Positions 7,580 to 14,208 of a stretch of 39,305 nucleotides of DNA are shown piece by piece. The DNA is from a virus. The stretch lies in IMG/VR virus record IMGVR_UViG_3300045988_122505, positions 1 through 39,305 of that record, one strand, 5' to 3'. The notes beneath the pieces were generated by a model. It worked only from the letters and a program-made list of their open reading frames with translations. It was not told where the DNA came from and did no database searches. How positions within the stretch are numbered: the first letter of the stretch is position 1; the number at the start of each line of letters is the position of its first letter. The translations under genes and the position numbers were made by a program.

Positions 7580-7861
7580 TTAGCGCCGGCGCGTCCCGGC
7601 GTTGGCATCGAATTCTTCAATGGATGCGACGGACACCATGACCTTGCCGTGGTATCCGCTTGGCTGGCGCATCTTGATCCGTACCGCTCTCGCCCATTTG
7701 CGGAGGGTCTTCTTGTCGACGCCGCCGAGCATCGCGCTGGCCTGTTTGAGACTGACCCAGCGTGGCGCGTATGCCGTCTGCCGGACGGCTTCCTTCGCGA
7801 TTTCATGGGCGAGCGCGACGGGGTCGAGGAGTGGCTGGTCGATGGTGGTTGATTCCTGCAT
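7580..7861 (-). CDS. HTH DNA-binding protein, excisionase/MerR-type fold (93 aa)
   Basis: WVSLKQASAMLGGVDKKTLRKWARAV is a helix-turn-helix signature. ATG at 7861. Confidence 0.5.
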   Translation of the reverse strand: MQESTTIDQPLLDPVALAHEIAKEAVRQTAYAPRWVSLKQASAMLGGVDKKTLRKWARAVRIKMRQPSGYHGKVMVSVASIEEFDANAGTRRR

Positions 7862-7874
7862 GGCGCGTCCCTTC

Positions 7875-8129
7875 TCAGGCGACGTCGGCGAGCGCCGGCA
7901 TCTTGATTTCGAATCGGTCGGCGAGGAAGTCGATTGGTTTGTAGCCGGTGTTGGCGGCGAAGGCGTCGATTTCGCCGAGTTTGAGTTCGACGGTGCCGTT
8001 GATGCGGCGGCTGGCCATGTCGACTGATTGGTGCCAGACTTCAGCCACTTTGGCGACCGGGATGTTCTGAGCGGCCATGACCGCACGAATCCTCGCCGAT
8101 GCCATGTCGTTGATGTTTCCGTATGTCAT
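7875..8129 (-). CDS. Cro-like XRE-family HTH regulator (84 aa), first gene of the leftward early operon
   Basis: ATG at 8129 follows AAGGAGGAAAC. HTH-like segment IPVAKVAEVWHQSVDMASRRINGT. It diverges from the plus-strand repressor. Confidence 0.6.
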   Translation of the reverse strand: MTYGNINDMASARIRAVMAAQNIPVAKVAEVWHQSVDMASRRINGTVELKLGEIDAFAANTGYKPIDFLADRFEIKMPALADVA

Positions 8130-8156
8130 GTTTCCTCCTTGACAGACCACATTATG

Positions 8157-8233
8157 CGCGAAATTGCGCGCACTGTCAAATCAAAACACGCGCATTTCGT
8201 TTCACCCGCTCGCGCGGCCGCGAAATTGCGCGC
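8157..8233. promoter_or_regulatory. Genetic-switch region with repeated operator-like sites
   Basis: An exact 15-bp direct repeat CGCGAAATTGCGCGC occurs at 8157-8171 and 8219-8233. A degenerate inverted copy (CGCGCATTTCG) lies at 8189-8199. TTGACA is at 8139-8144 and TATAAT at 8234-8239. Confidence 0.6.
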
Positions 8234-8237
8234 TATA

Positions 8238-8486
8238 ATGAAAGATGTGGGTAGCAAAAAACTAGAAGTAAGCCCATTCGGTCTGCAGGTGAGCAAGGCC
8301 ATAAGATCCGAAATGGGAATCCACAGAATGTCGGGTAGGGAACTTGCGAAAACAATAGGAAGAGGTGAGACATATGTGAGGCAGCGAGTCGCAGATGAAA
8401 AGGAATGGGCGCTCAGCGACATTTCGAAGATCTGCGAAGCGTGGGATATGAGCCCGGAAGAGCTCATATCGAAAGCCGCGCAGTAA
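8238..8486 (+). CDS. CI-like XRE-family HTH repressor (82 aa)
   Basis: FGLQVSKAIRSEMGIHRMSGRELAKTIGRGETYVRQRV is an XRE HTH. The gene is divergent from the Cro-like gene. There is no SD, and TATAAT overlaps the ATG, so the transcript may be leaderless and the start is uncertain (GTG at 8247 is an alternative). Confidence 0.6.
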   Translation: MKDVGSKKLEVSPFGLQVSKAIRSEMGIHRMSGRELAKTIGRGETYVRQRVADEKEWALSDISKICEAWDMSPEELISKAAQ

Positions 8487-8494
8487 ATGACACG

Positions 8495-8531
8495 CCCCTG
8501 CCGCGTCATTGCGGCAGGGGTTCTTCTTTCC
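8495..8531 (+). terminator. Rho-independent terminator after the repressor gene
   Basis: 10-bp GC stem CCCCTGCCGC/GCGGCAGGGG (8495-8504 / 8511-8520) followed by TTCTTCTTTCC. Confidence 0.75.
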
Positions 8532-8574
8532 TTGACGCTTCAGTGAGTGCGCGCCGGAGGAGGCGTAGACTTTC

Positions 8575-9213
8575 ATGAAAAAGAAGGAGAAGAAGATGAG
8601 AATCACTCGAAAAGCAATCGTCGCCACACTCGCCGTCATGCTGCCGGTCGCGTTGATGGGAGGATGCGGCAATCAAGACGCGTCCAGCCAATCGGCGAGC
8701 GCTGACAGTCAGACGGAATCACAGGATACGGAAACCGATTCGCAGGATTCCGATAGTGGTGACGACGGTACTCCGCTTGCGGATGGATTGTCTGGATCGT
8801 GCGAAGGTGACGATCCGCGATTGCCGAACGTGAAGCTCGACACTAACGCCGGGTATCTCGGTGTGGAGATACCGGGAAACGACCAGATCAAGCCGGATGG
8901 ATTTTATTCATATGATCTGATGCTCACCAATGAAAACGGCGACTCCTGGATGGTGCAGCTATCCGATTACGTGTCGTCCGGTGAAACGAACCGCAGCGTC
9001 TTCAACATGCAGACGAACAAGAATCTGAATTATCCAGGCTGGAGCAATTCGGATGATGAGTCTACATTCTCCACGTCCATCCCAGACACGGCGATGCGCG
9101 GAACGTCGATGGACTGGCAGATGACGCTCAATATTGACGGCAACGACGTGGCCATAAGAAATATCGCTGATTCTCTGAAAACCGTTCTGTTTATTGGCTT
9201 TTTATATGCCTGA
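8575..9213 (+). CDS. Secreted lipoprotein, moron / candidate superinfection-exclusion factor (212 aa; more likely start at ATG 8596)
   Basis: MRITRKAIVATLAVMLPVALMGGCGNQ is a signal peptide plus lipobox. AAGGAG lies 6 nt before the ATG at 8596. The mature N-terminus is Ser/Asp/Gln-rich. The GC content is visibly lower than in the flanks. Confidence 0.7.
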   Translation: MKKKEKKMRITRKAIVATLAVMLPVALMGGCGNQDASSQSASADSQTESQDTETDSQDSDSGDDGTPLADGLSGSCEGDDPRLPNVKLDTNAGYLGVEIPGNDQIKPDGFYSYDLMLTNENGDSWMVQLSDYVSSGETNRSVFNMQTNKNLNYPGWSNSDDESTFSTSIPDTAMRGTSMDWQMTLNIDGNDVAIRNIADSLKTVLFIGFLYA

Positions 9214-9405
9214 GTGATGATTTACCACTCAGGCTACCACCTCTACACTGTCTCAAATATATGAAAATCGGCTATTTTTGACGTCGTGAAGCAGCTAGAG
9301 CGGTGAAGGCAGGTCCGTAATCGACTCCATCTCTGTCCATTTCCAACCCTACATGGTGTCGAGCCTATCAATCCGCTGTTTTTCTTATGTTTTTCGTGTT
9401 TCGGC

Positions 9406-9434
9406 TTGCATTACTTTATTTACTGCGCTAATAT
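9406..9434 (+). promoter_or_regulatory. Near-consensus sigma70-type promoter
   Basis: TTGCAT (9406-9411), a 17-nt spacer, then TAATAT (9429-9434). It sits in an AT-rich tract 28 nt upstream of the ATG at 9462. Confidence 0.55.
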
Positions 9435-9461
9435 AGTTTATATCAAGGAAAGGAGGTGAAC

Positions 9462-9581
9462 ATGACACCATCGGAGATAATCACCAGCATCTCGCTTCTC
9501 GTCGCGAGCCTCGCGGCCCTCATCAAAGCAGTGACCGGACTCGTCAAGGAGATGAGACGGAAACCGAAGAAAAGGAAGTGA
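9462..9581 (+). CDS. 39-aa hydrophobic/basic mini-protein, type I toxin- or holin-like (MTPSEIITSISLLVASLAALIKAVTGLVKEMRRKPKKRK)
   Basis: Strong RBS AAGGAAAGGAGG lies 6 nt upstream. One predicted TM helix is followed by a Lys/Arg tail. The ORF has its own promoter and is followed by a hairpin. Confidence 0.55.
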   Translation: MTPSEIITSISLLVASLAALIKAVTGLVKEMRRKPKKRK

Positions 9582-9585
9582 GCAA

Positions 9586-9616
9586 GGGTTCCGGCCAGAC
9601 CTAGGGGCCGGAACCC
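9586..9616 (+). terminator. Perfect 11-bp stem hairpin downstream of the mini-protein
   Basis: GGGTTCCGGCC (9586-9596) pairs with GGCCGGAACCC (9606-9616). There is no clear U-tract, so it may be a terminator or a processing/antisense element. Confidence 0.4.
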
Positions 9617-9629
9617 CATATCTCCGATT

Positions 9630-9785
9630 ATGCCATGGGACATCATGAGAACGGAATCGATAGTCAGCGCGGTGTTCGCGCTCGGAACCGCCGCCAGCGC
9701 ATGGTTCGGCTGGCCGTTCGCGCTCACCGCCGGATGCGCCGTCGTCAGCGCCGTCTTCGCGCTCATCGCCGGAAGGAAGGACTGA
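9630..9785 (+). CDS. Small membrane protein (51 aa; alternative start 9645)
   Basis: Two hydrophobic segments (IVSAVFALGTAASAWFGWPFAL, CAVVSAVFALIAG). The stop lies 1 nt before the next ATG. The RBS is weak. Confidence 0.4.
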   Translation: MPWDIMRTESIVSAVFALGTAASAWFGWPFALTAGCAVVSAVFALIAGRKD

Positions 9786-9786
9786 C

Positions 9787-9993
9787 ATGACCATCAAATA
9801 CCTGAGCGTCACCGACGTGTCCAAGCGCCTCGGCATCAGCACCGCCGCCGTCAGCGCCTACAAGCTCCCCCAACCGGACGCCACCATCGGACGCACGCGC
9901 GGCTGGCTGCCAGAGACCATCGACCGGTGGAACACTCAGCGTCCCGGCCGAGGCGTCGGCGGCGGACGCCCACGCAAAAACAAGACTGAATAA
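9787..9993 (+). CDS. Excisionase-like / AlpA-MerR-type HTH DNA-binding protein (68 aa)
   Basis: YLSVTDVSKRLGISTAAVSAY...WLPETIDRWN is typical of small phage Xis-type HTH proteins. GGAAGGAAGGA RBS. Confidence 0.55.
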   Translation: MTIKYLSVTDVSKRLGISTAAVSAYKLPQPDATIGRTRGWLPETIDRWNTQRPGRGVGGGRPRKNKTE

Positions 9994-10035
9994 CAGGAAA
10001 AGCCCCTCCCCCAGCAGTACTGAGAGAGGGGCAAC

Positions 10036-10087
10036 TTCGCACCGGACTTAACAGCTGTTAAGCTGCCGTTAAGTCCGGTGCGAAGCT
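10036..10087. repeat. 18-bp perfect inverted repeat in the convergent intergenic region
   Basis: CTTCGCACCGGACTTAAC (10036-10053) pairs with GTTAAGTCCGGTGCGAAG (10070-10087). It is flanked by a GCCCCTC/GAGGGGC hairpin (about 10002-10032) and a TTAAGTGTTG/CAACACTTAA hairpin (about 10091-10126). GTTAAG recurs four times. Confidence 0.7.
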
Positions 10088-10121
10088 TCGTTAAGTGTTG
10101 CCGCCGATTCCGCGACAACAC

Positions 10122-10373
10122 TTAATCTTTGCCGGAATCATCGTCCGGCTTGGTGGCCGTAAGCTGGCTCACGCCGATCAGGGCGCCGACGAACACGCCG
10201 ACGGCGTTGATCGTGGTCACGAGCTCGCCGCAGTGCGGCAACCCCCACTGTTGGCCGACCACGCCGACCAGCCACGCGACGGCCGGCAGGGCGATCAGCG
10301 CGACCCACTTGAGGATCTCGTATGCCTTGTCCGGCAGAAGATAGTCGAGCTCGGTCTTGGTGTCCTTGTCCAT
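10122..10373 (-). CDS. Holin-like protein (83 aa, 2 TM)
   Basis: ATG at 10373 follows TTAAGGAGGTGTG. Two TM helices (ILKWVALIALPAVAWLVGVV and AVGVFVGALIGV). It lies immediately downstream of the endolysin. Confidence 0.65.
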   Translation of the reverse strand: MDKDTKTELDYLLPDKAYEILKWVALIALPAVAWLVGVVGQQWGLPHCGELVTTINAVGVFVGALIGVSQLTATKPDDDSGKD

Positions 10374-10441
10374 TACACACCTCCTTAAGTGTTGCATAAG
10401 ACCGGCTCCACAACTTTTAGAATCGTGGAGCCGGGATCCGG

Positions 10442-11698
10442 TCAGCGGAGCCGCTGGCCGGGATAGATTGTGTACGGCGGGCGCAAGCCGTTGCGCTGCG
10501 CCGCCGCATACCAGCCGGAACCGTAGATCTTCCACAGGCTCTCGCCCGCGGCGACCACGTGCGAGGTGGTTACGACATGGGCACCGACGCTGGAAGCGGT
10601 CGAACCGCCGTAGCAGACTTGCTGCCCAGGCCAGATGCGGTTGATGTCGCCGCTAGGCACGCTCCACGCGCTGGCCGGCGTACGGCCGGTACGGCTGGCG
10701 ATCGCGCCCATGGTGTCGCCGCTGGACACAACGACGCAATACGAGCCGGTATTGCCAGATGGCGTCGTGACGCCACTGCCGGACAGTCGCCGGTTGACTA
10801 TGGCCATGACCGCCGCATAGTTGGATCCGAGCGCCTGGCGGCGTGCGGGATCGTTGCCGAAGTCGCCGCGGATGGTGCGCGTGGCCAAAGCGTCAAGGTC
10901 GACCGTCGGAGCTGTCGTTGGCTGTGGCGTCGGCCTGACGTTCGGCAGGCTCGCCGTGCCCTTGTCGTCGGGGTTCGCGTACTTGCGCCAAGCCGCGCGG
11001 TCGCCGCGGAACCTGTTCAGGTCGAGGCGCCCGGACCAGCCGCTGAGGCTGCCGTTGCTCGTGTACTGGCGCATGACCTCGCCGCGCGCGCCGAGGTTCC
11101 ACGGTGCGGTCTGGTATCCGGTGACGAGGTTCGTGGCGTACTGTGCGATCCAGATGCCGCAGTTCAGCTCGGTCTCCATGCCGGCGACCTGCCAGTACCC
11201 GGAGTCCATCGTGTAGATGATCGGGTTCACGCCGGTCAGTCGCTTGACCTCGCGCGCCCAGCGGCGTGGCCACTGCTTGTCGCCCCAGGCGGCGTTGTCC
11301 TGCGCCTCCCAGTCGAGGATCAGGACGCTTTTGTGCACGTATCCACGCACGTTGTCGACGAAGAACCGGGCTTCGGTCTCGGGGTTGCCGCCGCGCGCGT
11401 AATGGTAGACGCCGGTCTCCTTGCCGCTGTTGATGGCGCCGGCGAGCTGACGGTTAGCGTCGGTGTTGACGCCGTTGGACAGGCATCCGCCGTACACGCC
11501 GCCGGACCCCCACGTGGTGCCGACGATGACGAAATCGGCAGGCACGCTCGCGGTGTTGATGCCGCACTGCCAGTTCGAAATGTCGTACCCGTCCATGTCG
11601 GCCATCGCGGCTGGCGCCACGGCCATGGTGATGGCCATGACCACGCCGGTGACCGCCAGACGGAAGCGTTTGAGCCACGGAAGCTTGTGCTTGCGCAT
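10442..11698 (-). CDS. Endolysin: GH25 muramidase with N-terminal signal peptide and two C-terminal LysM-like repeats (418 aa)
   Basis: DGYDISNWQ is the GH25 motif. The N-terminus MRKHKLPWLKRFRLAVTGVVMAITMAVAPAAMA is signal-peptide-like. The C-terminus has YCVVVSSGDTMGAIA...IWPGQQV and HVVAAGESLWKI...IYPGQRL. Confidence 0.8.
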   Translation of the reverse strand: MRKHKLPWLKRFRLAVTGVVMAITMAVAPAAMADMDGYDISNWQCGINTASVPADFVIVGTTWGSGGVYGGCLSNGVNTDANRQLAGAINSGKETGVYHYARGGNPETEARFFVDNVRGYVHKSVLILDWEAQDNAAWGDKQWPRRWAREVKRLTGVNPIIYTMDSGYWQVAGMETELNCGIWIAQYATNLVTGYQTAPWNLGARGEVMRQYTSNGSLSGWSGRLDLNRFRGDRAAWRKYANPDDKGTASLPNVRPTPQPTTAPTVDLDALATRTIRGDFGNDPARRQALGSNYAAVMAIVNRRLSGSGVTTPSGNTGSYCVVVSSGDTMGAIASRTGRTPASAWSVPSGDINRIWPGQQVCYGGSTASSVGAHVVTTSHVVAAGESLWKIYGSGWYAAAQRNGLRPPYTIYPGQRLR

Positions 11699-11765
11699 TC
11701 ATTTCCTTTCTCTAGAAACGGGAAACCCCACGTTTTCACGTGAGGTTTCATGGGTTATGGCGGCG

Positions 11766-11837
11766 TCACATGTGGGCGCCACGGTTGAAAAGCAGGACGA
11801 GCGCGGCGGGACCGATCCAGGCGATGACGAAGGTCAT
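11766..11837 (-). CDS. Possible 23-aa hydrophobic mini-protein (MTFVIAWIGPAALVLLFNRGAHM)
   Basis: ATGA overlap with the upstream stop, and GGAGGG RBS. Confidence 0.3.
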   Translation of the reverse strand: MTFVIAWIGPAALVLLFNRGAHM

Positions 11838-12232
11838 TCGCCCTCCACGGTCTCCGGAGCCACGTCGGCGCGCAGCTCGTCCGGCAGGTGCGGCTTCGGA
11901 TGCCTCTGAAGGAAGTCGGGCTCGACGATCTCGCAAAACTGTTGGAGCCAATGGAAAAGCGATCGGGTGTAGGCCGTGAGCGCGAAATATTTCCGCTGCT
12001 GGACCTCCAAATGCTGGATCTGCTCCTCCTGCGACTCGACCTGCTCACGCAAGGGCTTGATGACGGAATCCGTGAGGATGTCGCATGCTTTCGCGGCGAT
12101 GTCCGCCGTGTCCTTGCGACGGCTGGAGATCGCGCCGATAATGGCGCCCACTCCCCCGCCTCCCACAAGCGCGACGAGCAGCGAAGTCCAGAATTCCGTG
12201 CTCGAAAAGAGATCAAGCGACGTCATCCGCAC
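11834..12232 (-). CDS. Membrane-anchored coiled-coil protein of the lysis region (about 130 aa; GTG 12232 or ATG 12226)
   Basis: One N-terminal TM helix (FWTSLLVALVGGGGVGAIIGAI) followed by a predicted coiled coil. Confidence 0.5.
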   Translation of the reverse strand: MRMTSLDLFSSTEFWTSLLVALVGGGGVGAIIGAISSRRKDTADIAAKACDILTDSVIKPLREQVESQEEQIQHLEVQQRKYFALTAYTRSLFHWLQQFCEIVEPDFLQRHPKPHLPDELRADVAPETVEGE

Positions 12233-12356
12233 TCCATGGGTCGAGGCGCTTCTGGACTTCGTCTCTCAGCGACTTGGGGACGGAGTCGATGGTGCGCGCG
12301 CCGGAGCGGACGAGGTTGACGTAGATGGCGACCATGGCCTGCTGCAATGCTGTCAT
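12213..12356 (-). CDS. XkdX-like small protein (47 aa)
   Basis: ATG at 12356 follows GGAAAGGAG. AIYVNLVRSGARTIDSVPKSLRDEV resembles small proteins found between tail-fibre and lysis genes. Confidence 0.45.
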   Translation of the reverse strand: MTALQQAMVAIYVNLVRSGARTIDSVPKSLRDEVQKRLDPWSADDVA

Positions 12357-12359
12357 CGC

Positions 12360-12719
12360 TCACTCCTTTCCTTCGGTGCCGGCGGAAACCGCGGTGGCCT
12401 GCGCCTCGTAGAGGGCGGCGATGGCGGTGGCGTTGTCGACGGTCTGCTGCTCGAGCTGGGCGATGCGCTCCTTGTCATCCATCGACTCGATCTCGGCCGA
12501 GCGGATGAGGCCGTCGAACTGCTCGACAGCCTCCTGTTCGGTCAGGTCACGGCACAGGTAGGTCTCCTGCGCCGTGTATTCGGTGGACTCGGTGCCGTCG
12601 GCGCCGAGGCGCTGGACCTGCCTGATGTCCTCGCGGAGCCAGATGTCGGCAAGGCCGTCGCCCCGCCGGAAGTATTCGACCTTTTCTAGCGGAGTGGCGC
12701 TGGTGACGAGTTTGCTCAT
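12360..12719 (-). CDS. Acidic hypothetical protein (119 aa), translationally coupled to the reverse transcriptase
   Basis: ATG 12719-12717 overlaps the RT stop TGA 12718-12716 (ATGA). AAGGAAGGA RBS. The sequence is Glu/Asp-rich and not Avd-like by eye. Confidence 0.6.
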   Translation of the reverse strand: MSKLVTSATPLEKVEYFRRGDGLADIWLREDIRQVQRLGADGTESTEYTAQETYLCRDLTEQEAVEQFDGLIRSAEIESMDDKERIAQLEQQTVDNATAIAALYEAQATAVSAGTEGKE

Positions 12720-13819
12720 CTTTTTTCCTTCCTTGGTTGTTGGTTGGCGCGGGCCAGCGTCCGCTTGGCCATGCGCATTGTCTCGTCCACCTGCCGGCGG
12801 CGGCGCACGAGGACGCTGTCGGAGTGGATGAAGTATCCGTAGTAGCTGGCGCATCTGCGCGCCAATGTCAGGTTCCTTGGATGTCGGCGGAATCTGGCGA
12901 AGGTCCTTCCGGCACGGAGGAATATTCCCGTCCGGATGTTCGTCCGTCCGGGACGGAACACATATCCGACCATGTCTATCGGCTCGACGCCGACGTGCTT
13001 GATGTTCCATTCCGGGTGCATTTCGAGCTTGAGCCGGTCATGGGCGAAGGCGGTGATGCGTCTGGCCGCGATCGACAGGTCACGCTTCGACCGGCCGAGC
13101 AGCAGGATGTCGTCCATGTAGAGGAGGACGTGCGTGACGAGGCGTCTCGTCGTGATGGTGCCGTCCCTGTGCCGTCGGGTCTTGGTGAGTCCATGCTCGC
13201 AGAAGTGCCAGATGGCCGACAGGTAGTAGTTCGCCAGATACTGGCTGAGGTAGCTTCCGATGTTCAGGCCGTTGGCTCCGGCGTAGGAGTCGATGAGGTG
13301 GAAGACGAGGCGCAGGAGCGTCGCGTCCCCGACGTCGCGTGAGAGCATCGCCTTGAGCGTCAGACGGTCGATCGATGGATAGCATTTGCGCACGTCGAGT
13401 TTGACGAAGACCCTGCTCGACGGTTCGCGGATCCATTTGCGTATGGCGCGCCTCGCGTCGTTGGTGCCACGGTTCGGGATGCTGGCGGTCTGCCATCGCC
13501 CTATCTTCGCTTCGAAGAGTGGCATGAGGGCGAGCACTGCGACGTGGTCGAGGATCTGCTGCTCGATGGCCTCTCGTCCGATGACGCGGTGTTTCCCGCT
13601 GATGGGTTCGACGCGGTTGAAGTAGCGGATGCGTGGGTGGTCGAATCTGCCGGTCTCGATCTGGCCGGCGAGCTTGTCGGCGATGGCGTCGAGGTCCGGA
13701 TGCCGCTCCAGGAATCTCGCGACGTCGCGTCTTGATGTTTTGCCTTGCAGGTAATGGTCCGTGGCCTTCCTGACGAAGGCCGGTGTGCCGCAGTGCGTGT
13801 GGCGGCAGTATGTCTTCAA
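12716..13819 (-). CDS. DGR-type reverse transcriptase (367 aa)
   Basis: The catalytic motif is LLYMDDILLLG. The DGR-typical motif is NIGSYLSQYLANYYL. SGKHRVIG and DVRKCYPSI resemble RT motifs 1-3. The gene sits 175 nt downstream of the TR on the same strand. TTG start at 13819 is uncertain. Confidence 0.9.
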   Translation of the reverse strand: MKTYCRHTHCGTPAFVRKATDHYLQGKTSRRDVARFLERHPDLDAIADKLAGQIETGRFDHPRIRYFNRVEPISGKHRVIGREAIEQQILDHVAVLALMPLFEAKIGRWQTASIPNRGTNDARRAIRKWIREPSSRVFVKLDVRKCYPSIDRLTLKAMLSRDVGDATLLRLVFHLIDSYAGANGLNIGSYLSQYLANYYLSAIWHFCEHGLTKTRRHRDGTITTRRLVTHVLLYMDDILLLGRSKRDLSIAARRITAFAHDRLKLEMHPEWNIKHVGVEPIDMVGYVFRPGRTNIRTGIFLRAGRTFARFRRHPRNLTLARRCASYYGYFIHSDSVLVRRRRQVDETMRMAKRTLARANQQPRKEKR

Positions 13820-13994
13820 TTTGAGCTGTTCCTATCTGGACTTTGCGCGGCTGTCGATGTGGCTGGAGGGGTTCCTCTACCGGCCGCGTGCTCGTGTTTC
13901 ATTTTCGGATCTGGCCGTGGCGTGCCGTCTGGCCCAGATCGTGGCCGACGGTAATCGGAGTGTTCTGATGTTTTCGACAGGATTGTCCAGGTGT

Positions 13995-14096
13995 GCGGCC
14001 GCCGATGTTCCACCTGCGGTTCGTCAGGTCCCTGTTCAGGTTCGCGTGGAACGCGCCGCAGTTCGAGCCATCCCTGAGATTGCCGAACCGGTGCAC
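13995..14096 (-). repeat. DGR template repeat (TR), 102 bp
   Basis: 90/102 identical to 14239-14340. All 12 differences are at plus-strand T (adenine on the transcribed minus strand). Read in the VR frame it carries AAC/AAT/AGG codons (VHRFGNLRDGSNCGAFHANLNRDLTNRRWNIGGR). Confidence 0.92.
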
Positions 14097-14160
14097 GACG
14101 CGAAGGACGGTAGGCGCGCCACTCCGAGTCCCATGTGTTGTTTTGTCTGCGGTGGGTTAT

Positions 14161-14180
14161 GAGGGGGCTTGCGCCCCCTC
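14161..14180 (-). promoter_or_regulatory. GC-rich 8-bp hairpin with 4-nt loop downstream of VR (candidate DGR target-recognition hairpin and/or terminator)
   Basis: GAGGGGGC (14161-14168) pairs with GCCCCCTC (14173-14180). The loop reads GCAA on the minus strand (GNRA-type). It lies 29 nt after the target gene stop. Confidence 0.6.
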
Positions 14181-14208
14181 GCTACGCTCACCCCTCACCG
14201 CTCTTGGC

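Noticed and set aside
13899-14096. 65-aa ORF starting MHRFGNLRDGSNC
   Set aside because: It is just the template repeat read in the VR frame. It has no RBS, and its sequence is explained by the DGR.
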